Positions 46,203 through 56,200 of a stretch of 64,000 nucleotides of DNA are shown here, piece after piece. Positions within the stretch are counted from its first letter, which is position 1. Each line of letters opens with the position of its first letter. The translations under genes were made by a program, and so were the position numbers. The stretch spans positions 1,568,001 through 1,632,000 of the forward strand of contig CAVYRF010000001.1 in assembly GCA_963770895.1 (NCBI GenBank), read 5' to 3'. The notes beneath the pieces are model-generated. The model ran no database searches. It worked only from the letters and a program-made list of their open reading frames with translations, and was not told where the DNA came from. The DNA comes from an uncultured Acidobacteriota bacterium. Lineage in GTDB: Bacteria > Acidobacteriota > Thermoanaerobaculia > Multivoradales > UBA5704.

Positions 46203-47263
46203 GGGCGCGGCTCCAGCTCGTGCTCGCCGCTCATCTGGCCCATGGCGACCAGGATCTTGCGCGGGCCGGTGAAGGGGTTGCGCGCGTGGGCGGTCATCAT
46301 GTTGTCGGCCAGCAGCACGTCGTGGCGCTGCCAGGGGGCCGCCACGGAGTTTTCGTCGTAGAGGCGGCGGATCTCGGCCACCACCTCGTCCTCGATCGCC
46401 GCGCCGTCGCCGTAGAGCACGTTGCGCGGCAGGTCGGGCGCCGCGAAGAGGGCGCGCACCGGCGCCTGCACGGCCTCCGGCAGGCAGGCGACGTGATGGA
46501 GCTGGATCTGGTTGAAGAAGAGCTTCTCGCCGGTGGCCGGGTGGCGCGCCACCGCGACCCGGCGCTGGCGGGTGGCAAGGGCGTCGCCCTTCCACTCGCA
46601 GGCGACCCCGGCGGCGCGGCAGGCCGCCTCGACCTCGCGCCGGTCGCCGGTGCGGAAGAACTCCTGCCAGCCGACGTCGATGCCGGGGATGAAGTTGCGC
46701 ACGTAGAGCAGACCCTGGCGCTCGAAGCGATCGGCCAGCTCGGCCGGCAGCCGGCGGTAGATGGCGCGGCAGTCGGCGACGACCGTCTCGCCGCCCGACT
46801 GCGGCGGCTGCACGCAGTAAAACCAGATCATCAGCGGCCAGCGGTCCATGTGCGAGCTTTCGTTGTGGAAGAGGATCGGCTGGTCGGGCGGGTAGGGGGT
46901 CGACTGGTAGATGCGCCCGGAAACCGTGCCGCGCGGCAGGTCGCCGTACTCTTCGAAAAGCGGCCCGAAGGCGGCGGCCAGCTGCTCGAAGGCGGCGGCG
47001 GAGCCGACGGCGAAGCCGCGAAACAGGATCGCTCCGTGCCGCGCCAGGCGCTGTCGCAGCACGTCGAGGTGCTGGCGCACGAAGCCGCCCAGGTCGACGT
47101 CGTCGAGGGCCGGTTGGAGCACCAGCGGCAGGGGATTGCCGGGGTGCAGGGTCGACTCGCGGGCGAGTTGCGCGGTCGAGACCTGGACCGCCTTGCGGCG
47201 TGCCGCCGAGCGCGGCGCGGGAGCGGCGGCGGGCGCCGCGTCAGGCGAATCTTTCGGTTGCAT
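46199..47263 (-). CDS. Stand-alone TauD/SyrP-like Fe(II)/alpha-ketoglutarate beta-hydroxylase
   Basis: HGAILFRGF; IYQSTPYP; FHNESSH (HxE); GGETVVAD; FFNQIQLHH; DNMMTAHARNPF (distal His/Arg). ATG at 47263. Confidence 0.92.
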   Translation of the reverse strand: MQPKDSPDAAPAAAPAPRSAARRKAVQVSTAQLARESTLHPGNPLPLVLQPALDDVDLGGFVRQHLDVLRQRLARHGAILFRGFAVGSAAAFEQLAAAFGPLFEEYGDLPRGTVSGRIYQSTPYPPDQPILFHNESSHMDRWPLMIWFYCVQPPQSGGETVVADCRAIYRRLPAELADRFERQGLLYVRNFIPGIDVGWQEFFRTGDRREVEAACRAAGVACEWKGDALATRQRRVAVARHPATGEKLFFNQIQLHHVACLPEAVQAPVRALFAAPDLPRNVLYGDGAAIEDEVVAEIRRLYDENSVAAPWQRHDVLLADNMMTAHARNPFTGPRKILVAMGQMSGEHELEPRP

Positions 47264-50200
47264 GGGGGAAGCTCTCCGCGGCGCTGAAAGCGCACGCCAG
47301 ACGGTCAAGACGGATCTCGGGGGATGCCACGGCGCGCTCGATCACCGCCGCGTAGGCGGCGGCGAAGCGCCGCACAGTGGCCGGTACGAAGAGGTCGGGG
47401 TTGAAGACCCAGGTCTGGTGGAGGCGCCGCTGGTCGTCCTCGTGGGGGAAGAGCGCCAGGTCGAAGCGCGAGGTCTCCTGCGCCGCGTCCTCGACCTCGA
47501 CGGCGAGGTCGGCCAGCGCCAAGGCCGGCCGCTCGGCGTTCTGCAGCACGAACAGCAGGTCGAACAGCGGCGTGCGCGCCGGATCGCGCCGCGGCCGCAG
47601 CGCGCTGACCAGCTGGTCGAACGAGACGTCCTGGTGGTCGTAGGCGTCCAGCGTGGTTTCGCGCACCCGCCGCAGCAGCTCGCGGAAGGTGGGGTTTCCC
47701 GACAGGTCGGTGCGCAGCACCAGGACGTTGACAAAGAAGCCGATCAGACCTTCGATCTCCGTCCGGTTGCGGTTGGCGACGTCGGTGCCGATCACCAGGT
47801 CCTGCTGGCCGGTCAGCGCGAAGAGAAAGGCCAGCAAAGCCGCCAGCAGGGTCATGAAGAGCGTCACGCCTGCGCCGCGGCTGAGCGCCGCGAGGGCCGC
47901 GGCCAGCTCCGCCGGCAAGGCTGCCGCGTGGCGCGCGCCGCGGTGGGTCTGCACCGGCGGGCGCGGCCGATCGAGCGGCAGGTCCAGCGCCGCCGGCGCG
48001 CCCGCCAGCCGCCGCTGCCAGTAGGCAGTCTGCCGCCGCAGCTCCTCTCCCTGCAGCCACTGCCGCTGCCACGCCGCGAAGTCCGCGTACTGGATCGGCA
48101 GCTCGGGCAGCCGCGGCGGCGCGCCGCCGCGGGCGCGCTCGTAAAGATGCGTCACCTCGCGCACCAGCACGCCGATCGACCAGCCGTCGGCGACGACGTG
48201 GTGCATGGTGAGCAGACACGTGTGCTCGGCGCCGTCCAGCCGCAGCAGGGTGGCGCGCCACAGCGGCCCGCGCGCCAGGTCGAAGGGGAGTGCCGCCTCC
48301 TGGGCGGCGCGGTGCGCCGTCTCGCGCCGCCGCGCCCGCTCGCCGAGCCCGGCCAGGTCGACGACGGCGACGGGGATCGCCGGCTGCGGCGCGATCTCCT
48401 GGCTGGGCAGGCCGTCGAGGACCGGAAAGCGGGTGCGCAGCACCTCGTGGCGCAGGGCGAGATGGCGCAGGCTCAGGCGCAGCGCCGCGACGTCCAGGGC
48501 GCCGCGCATGCGCAGGGCGATCGGCATGTTGTAGAACGGGCTGCCGGGCTGCAGCTGATCGACGAACCAGAGGCGCTGCTGCGACAGCGACAGCGGCAAC
48601 GGCCGGTCGCGCGGTGCCCGTTCGATCGGCGGCGCGGCGGCGCGCGGCGACTGCCGGGCCAGCTCCACCTGCGCCGCCAGGTCCGCCACCGTCGGGTGCT
48701 CGAAGAGCAGCCGCAGCGGCAGCTCCAGCCCCAGGGCGCCGCGCAGCCGTGCGACCGCCTGCGCCGCCAGCAGCGAGTGCCCGCCAAGGGCGAAGAAGTC
48801 GTCGTCGACACCGACCCGCGGCAGGCGCAGCACCTCGGCCCAGACTCCTGCCAGGATCTCCTCGACGGGCGAGCGCGGCGCCGCCAGCGCCGCCGCCGCG
48901 GGCGACGCCGGCGCCGGCTCCGGCAGCGCCCGGCGATCCACCTTGCCGGCGGCGGTCAGCGGCAGGTGCGGCAGGAACACGAATGCCGCCGGCACCATGG
49001 CGTCGGGCAGCAGCTGGGCGACGTGCCGGCGCAGGCGCTCCGCCATGCCGGGCGCGGCCGGGTCTGCCGGCGGCTCGCCGGCAGCGACCAGCCGCACCCA
49101 GGCCACCAGCCGCTCGCCGTCCCCGTCGCCGGCGGCCGCCACCACCGCCTGGCGGACCGCCGGGTGCTGTTCGATCGCCGCTTCGATCTCGGCGGGCTCG
49201 ATGCGATGCCCGCGCACCTTGACCTGGCCGTCGAGGCGGCCGGCGAGCTCCAGCTCGTGCCGCGCCGTCCAGCGCGCCCGATCGCCCGTGCGGTACATGC
49301 GGCTGCCCGGCTGGTCGCCGAACGGCTCCGGCAGGAAGCGCTCCGCCGTCGCCGCCGGCTGGTCCAGGTAGCCGCGGGCGACGCCGGCTCCGGCGATGAA
49401 CAGCTCGCCGTAGACGCCGACCGGCAGCGGCGCCCAGCGCTCGTCGAGCACGTGGACGCGGACGTTGGCGATCGGCCCGCCGATCGGCGGCGGCTCGCCG
49501 GCGGCGAGCGGCCGCGAGATGGTGGCGCAGACCGTGGTTTCGGTGGGTCCGTAGGCGTTGAGCATCCGCCGCCCGCGCGCCCAGCGGTCGGCGAGCGCCG
49601 GCGGGCAGCGCTCGCCGGCCACCACCAGGGTGGCGAGCCGCGGCAGCGGGATCGCTTCCGGTGCGGGCGGCGCCGGCAGCAGGTGGAGCACCGACGGCAC
49701 CAGCGTGGCGGTCTGCACGGCGGCGCCGGCCAGCAGGTCGTACAGTGCCGCACCCGCGCCCAGCGCTTCAGGCGGCGCCAGGATCAGGCGGGCGCCGCAG
49801 GCGAGCGCCGTCGTCCACTCGGAAACCGCGGCGTCGAAGGCCGGCGAAGCGAACAGCAGCACGGCGCTGTCCGGCGTCACCGTGAAGGCCGCGATCTGGG
49901 CGAGCGCCAGGTTGCAGACGCTGCGGTGGGTGACGGCCACGCCCTTGGGCGTCCCCGTCGAACCCGAGGTGTAGATCACGTAGGCGAGGTTGTCCGGCGC
50001 CGCCGCCGGCGGCAGATCTGCGGAGGGCTGGGCGGCGGCGCGCCTGCCCAGGCCGTCCAGGGCGACGACGGGCACCGGCGGGGCGGGGAACGTGGCGCGC
50101 AGCGACTCCTGGGTCAGCAGCAGGGCCGCGCCGCTGTCGTGCAAGGCGCGGGCGAGCCGCGGGCGCGGATGCGCCGGGTCGAGCGGCACGTAGGCGCCGC

Positions 50201-53200
50201 CCGCCTTGAGCACCGCCAGCATGGCGGTGACCAGCTGCGGCGTGCGCTCCAGGCAGATCGCCACCCGCGTTTCGGCTCCGACGCCCAGCTGCCGCAGGTG
50301 GTGGGCCAGCTGATTGGCGCGCCGGTTCAGCTGGCGGTAGCTCAGCGGCTGATCCCGCCACACCACGGCGGGCGCGTGCGGGCGCAGCGCCGCCTGGCGC
50401 TCGAAGAGTTGATGGACGCAGTGCGGCGCGGCGCGCTCCACCCGCGGGCCGTCACCCAAGGCGAGCACCGCGAACCGTTCGGCGTCCGTCATCAGCGGCA
50501 GGTCCAGGACGCCGCAGCCGGGATCGGCGGTCGCCGCCAGGAGCAGCGTCTGGAAGTGCCCGAGCAGCCGGCCGATCGTGGCGCGATCGTACAGATCGCT
50601 GGCGAAGTCGACCGTGCCCGCCAGGTCGTCGCCGGTTTCGCGCAGCACCAGCGCCAGGTCGAACTTGGCGAAGCGGTTCTCCGCGGTCTGCTCGGTGAGC
50701 CGCAATCCAGGCAGGTCGAGGTCCTGGGCCGGCGCGTTCTGCAGCACCAGCATCACCTGGAAGAGCGGATGGCGCGCCAGGCTGCGCTCGGGGCGCAGCT
50801 CGTGGACCAGCTGCTCGAAGGGCAGGTCCTGGTGGGCATAGGCGGCGAGCGTGGTGTCCCGCACCCTGGCCAGCAGCTCGCGGAAGCTGGGAGCGCCGCC
50901 CAGGTCGGCGGGCAGCGCCAGGGTGTTGACGAAGAAACCGATCAGGTTTTCGACCCCGTCGTAGTGGCGATTGGCGATCGCCGTCCCCACCGCCAGCCGC
51001 GGTTGCGCGGCGAGGCGTGCCAGCAGGTTGGCGACGCCGGCAAAGAGGGCCATGAAGAGCGTGACGCCCTCCTGGCGGCTGGTCCGGCGCAGCGCCGCGG
51101 TGGACGCCCGCGGCAGGAGGAACGGCAGCTGTTGGCCGCGGAAGCTCTGCACCGCCGGGCGCGGCCGGTCGGTGGGCAGGGCGAGCTGGGGCAGGCCGGT
51201 CAGCTGGACGCGCCACCAGGCCAGCTGCCGCGCCAGCGTCTCGGCGGTCAGCCAGCGGCGCTGCCAGACGGCAAAATCGGCATACTGGAACGGCAGCTCG
51301 GGCAGCGGCAGGCCGCGGTACAGGGTCGCCAGCTCGCGCACCAGGAGCCCCGCCGACCAGCCGTCGGCGACGACGTGGTGCACGGTGAGCAGCAGCATCC
51401 AGTCGTCGCCGTCCAGACGCAGCAGCAGCGCTCGCAGCAGCGGCCCGCGCGCCAGGTCGAAGGGGCGCCGCGCCTCCTCCTCCGCCCACGCGCCGGCGAC
51501 CGCCAGCGGCGCCGCCAGGCCGGCGAGATCCACCATCGGCAGGGGGCGCGCGGACGCCGGCGCGATGCGCTGTGCGGGCTCGCCGTCGAGCGCCGGGAAG
51601 GAGGTGCGCAGCACCTCGTGCCGCCGCACGATCGTCGCCAGGGCCCGCGCCAGCGCCGCCGTGTCGAGCGCGCCGCGCAGGCGCAGGCCGAGCGGCAGGT
51701 TGTAAGCCGGGCTGTGCGGCGCCAGCTGCTGGAGGAACCAGAGCCGCCGCTGGGCGAAGGAGAGCGGCAGCGGCCGGTCGCGGCCGGCGGGCTGGATGGG
51801 CGGCAGCGCCGGGCGCTGCTCCGCCGACCGCAGGCGCGCCGCGAAGGCGGCCAGCGTCGGGTGCGCGAACAGGTCGCCCACCGGGACGTCGACGCCGAGG
51901 GCGGCGCGCAGCCGGGAGAGCACCTGCATGGCGAGCAGCGAATGCCCGCCCAGCGCGAAAAAATCGTCGCCGGCATCCACCCGTGGCACACCGAGCGCCG
52001 CGGCCCAGATGGCCGCCACGATCTCCTCGTGCGGGGTGAGCGGTGTCGAGCGCGCGGCGGCGGCTGCCGGCGGCGGGTCGGGCAGCGCGCGGCGGTCCAC
52101 CTTGCCGCGCGCGGTGAGCGGCAGCGCCGGCAGCACCACGAACGCCGCGGGGATCATGTGCTCGGGCAGCAGGCGCGCCAGGTGCCCGAGCAGATCGGTC
52201 GCCAGCGGCCCGCGACCCGGGTGGGCCGCATCGCGCTCGCCGTCCGCCGCGGCCACCCAGGCGATGAGGCGTCCGGCACGCACGGCCGCGGCCGCCGCGC
52301 GGACCTGCGGATGGCGCGCCAGCGCCGCCTCGATCTCCGCCGGTTCGACGCGGAAGCCGCGGACCTTGATCTGCTCGTCGGTGCGCCCCAGGCACTCCAG
52401 CGTGCCGTCGGGGCGGCGGCGGGCGAGGTCGCCGCTGCGGTACAGCCGGGCGCCGGGCCGCGCACCGAAGGGGTGGGGCAGGAAGCGTTCGGCGGTCAGG
52501 TCCGGCCGGCCCAGGTAGCCGCGCGCCAGGCCGATCCCCCCCAGGTACAGCTCGCCGGCGACGCCGGCCGGCACCGGCGCCAGCCGCCGATCCAGCACAT
52601 GAGCTTCGATCGCCGCGATCGGCCGTCCGATGGGCACCGGCCTGCCGGCGTCCGCCGGCGTCAGGCGCGCCTGCACCGAGACCACGGTGACCTCGGTGGG
52701 TCCGTAGAGGTTGACCAGCTCGAACGGCAGCTGCCGCGCGGGGACGTGGCTGAGCCGGTCGCCGCCGACGCCCAGCCGCCGCAGGTGCGGCGCGCCGGCC
52801 GACCAGGGCAGGCCGAAAAGCAGCTCGGCCACCGGCGTGGGCGCGAAGGCGACGTCGATGCGGTGGCGCGCCAGCCAGTCGGCCAGCTCGGCCGGGGCGC
52901 GGCGCGCCTCCTCGGGCACGATCCACAGGGCGGCGCCGGCGCAGAGCGCCGGCCAGATCTCCCAGGCCGAGGCGTCGAAGCCGAAGCTGGCGAACTGCGA
53001 CGTGCGTTCGCCGGGCGCCAGCGGGTACGCGGCGAGGTGCCAGGCGACCAGGTTGTGCAGTCCGGCGTGCGTCACGCCGACCCCCTTGGGCGCGCCGGTC
53101 GAACCGGAGGTGTAGATCACGTAGGCCAGGCTCTCCGGCGCCGGCGGGGCCTCGCCGGCGACGGGGGCGGGGACCGCGGACGGCTCGCGGCGAGCGGCGA

Positions 53201-56200
53201 GCGGCGGCGCGGTGTCGGTGAGCATGACCGCCGCGCCGCTCTCGGCCCGCAGCAGCGCCAGGCGCTCCTCCGGCAGCTGCGAGGCGACAGGCACGTAGGC
53301 GCCTCCCGCCTTCAGCACCCCCAGCATGGCGACGATCCGCCGCGGGCCGCGCGGCAGGTGGATCAGCACCCGCGTCTCCGGCCCGACGCCGCGGCGGCGC
53401 AGGTGGTGAGCCAGCTGGTCGGCCTGCCGGTCCAGCTCGCCATAGGTCAGCTGCTGGTCCTCGAACACCACGGCAGGCGCCGCGGGCCGCCGCGCCGCCT
53501 GCAGCTCGACGAGCTGGTGGACCCAAAGCGGTGGAGCGCCGGCGGCAGTCCTGGCGGCGCCTGGCGATCCGGCGGCGGACGGCCACTCGGCGAGCAGGGC
53601 ATGGCGCTCGGGGTGGGTGAGCAGCGGCAGGTCGTCGACGCCGCGGGCGGGGTCCGCTGCCGCCGCGGCGAGCAGCACCTGCAGGTGGCCGGCCAGGCGG
53701 ACGATCGTCGCGGGGTCGAAGCGGTCGGCGGCGAAATCGAGCGTGCCGGACAGGCCGCCGCCGGCCGTGGCGCTGGCGCTCCACAGCAGGTCGAACTTGG
53801 CGTCGCCCACCCCGCCCGCCCACGCCGCGGGCGCCGCGGCGGCCCCGGCGAGGCGCCCCGCCGCTGCCAGGGGCGAGGCCGCCAACCCGTGCAGGTCGAG
53901 CGCCGGCATGGGGAGGTTTTGCAGCACCAGCATGACCTGGAAGAGAGGGTTGCGTCCGGGGTCGCGTGCGGGCTGGAGATCTTCGACCAGCTGTTCGAAG
54001 GGGAGATCCTGGTGGGCGTAGGCGTCCAGGGTGGAGTCGCGCACGCGGTCGAGCAGCTCGGCGAAGCCGCGGTCGTCCAGGTGGGCCGGCAGGGCAAGGG
54101 TGTTGACGAAGCAGCCGATGAGGTCTTCGACGCCCCCCTGGTGGCGGCCGGCGATGGCGGTGCCGACGGCGAAGCGGCTCTGGCCGCTATGGCGCGCCAG
54201 GAGGACTTCGAAGGCGGCGAGCAGGGTCATGAAGAGGGTGGCTCCGCGCTCGCGTGCGAGGTGCAGGAGCTGCCCGGCCAGAGCGTCTGGGAGGGCGAAG
54301 GGGACCTGTGCGGCGCGGGCGAGGGGTGCGGCCTGGCGGGGCCTGTCGGTCGGGAGGTCCAGGGGTTGGACGCCGGCCAGCTGGGCGCGCCAGAAGGCGC
54401 GCTGGCGGTCGATGCGATCGGCGGTCAGCCAGGAGCGCTGCCAGAGGGCGAAGTCGGCGAACTGGAAGGGCAGCTCGGGCAGGGTGGCACCGCGGTAGAG
54501 GGTGGCGAGCTCGCGCACCAGGATGCCGAGCGACCAGCCGTCGGCGACGGCGTGATGCAGGGTCAGCAACAGGACGGCACGGTCGGCGGCGAGGTGGAGC
54601 AGGGTGGCGCGCAGCAGGCCGGCCGACCGCGAAGGCCGGCCGGCACTCGCCTCCTCTCGCGGTCCGCGGGCCAGGTCGAAGGGGCGGCGGGCTTCGTCGG
54701 CGGCGCGGTCGCGGGCGGCGGCCTCGGGATCGCTCTGATCGCTCAGGTCGACCCGCGCGAGCGGCAGCGGCGCGCCGTCCGGGGGTTCGACGATCTGGAC
54801 GGGTTCGCCGTCGCGTTCGCCAAAGCGGGTGCGCAGGATCTCGTGGCGGCGCACGATGGCGGCCAGGCTGGCGGCCAGCGCGGGGGCGTCGAGCCTGCCG
54901 TCCAGGCGCACGGCCAGCGGGATGTTGTAGGCGGCGCTGCGCGGGTCCAGGCGGTGCAGAAACCAGAGCCGGCGTTGGGCGAACGACAGCGGCAGGGGTC
55001 CGGTGCGCGGCGCTGGCAGGATGGGTGGCGGCGGCGGCTCGGCGCCGTCCTTTCGGGCCGCTTCGGCCAGGGTTGCCATGGCGGCGACGGTGGGCTGGTC
55101 GAAGAAGCGGCGCAGGGGGATCTCGACGCCGAGCGCGGTGCGCAGTCGCGCGGCGACGGTCATGGCCAGCAGGGAGTGGCCTCCCAGTTCGAAGAAGCTG
55201 TCGTCGATGCCGACGCGGCGCCGTCCCAGGACGTCGGCCCAGGTGGCGGCGACGATCTCTTCGATGGGGGTCCTGGGCGGCCGGTGCGCGCCGTCGTCGG
55301 TCGCCGGGCCGGTCGTGGCGCCGGGCTCGGGCAGGGCGCGGCGGTCGACCTTGCCGTGGGCGGTCAGCGGCAGCTCGGGCAGCAGGACGTAGCGCGCCGG
55401 GAGCATGTGGTCGGGCAGCGACAGGGCCAGCTGGCGGCGCAGCGCGGCGGCGTCCGGGGCGGGCTCGCCGCTCTCGCCGCACGCATCGTCTGGCGCGTCG
55501 CCGGCGACCAGGTAGGCGACCAGCCGGCCGTCGCGGCCGGCGACGGCGGCGGCGCGGACGCCGGGACAGAGCAGCAGCGCGGCCTCGATCTCTGCCGGCT
55601 CGATGCGGTAGCCGCGGATCTTCAGCTGGTCGTCGCGGCGTCCCAGGAAGTCGAAGCTGCCGTCGGGTCGCAGGCGCGCCAGGTCGCCGGTGCGGTAGAG
55701 GCGGGCGCCGCCGCCGCGGAAGGGGTGCGGCACAAAGGCTTCGGCGGTGCGTTCGGGGCGGTCCAGATAGCCGCGGGCCAGGCCGCCGCCGCCGATGTAA
55801 AGCTCGCCCGGAGAGCCGAGCGGCACGGGTTCCATCTCGGCGTCCAGGACGTACAGCTCGGCGTTGGCGATGGGCCGGCCGATGGGGATGGGATCGCGGC
55901 GGTCGGCGAGCTCGTGGAAGGCGCAGCCGACGACGGTCTCGGTGGGCCCGTACTCGTTGATGAGGCGTCGTCCGGGCGCGGCCGGCAGCCAGGCGACGGC
56001 GGCGGCGGGCAGCGCTTCGCCGCCGATGACCAGGACGCGGTCGTCCAGCTGGCGGGGTTCGAGCAGGCGGCTCAGGGCGAGCAGGTGGGCGGGCGTGATC
56101 TTGACCAGCGGCGGTCCGCCGGGCTCGCGCAGCGCGGCGGCGAGCGGCTCGACGCCGTCGTCGACCAGGGTGATCGAGCGGCCGCAGACGAGCGGCGTCC

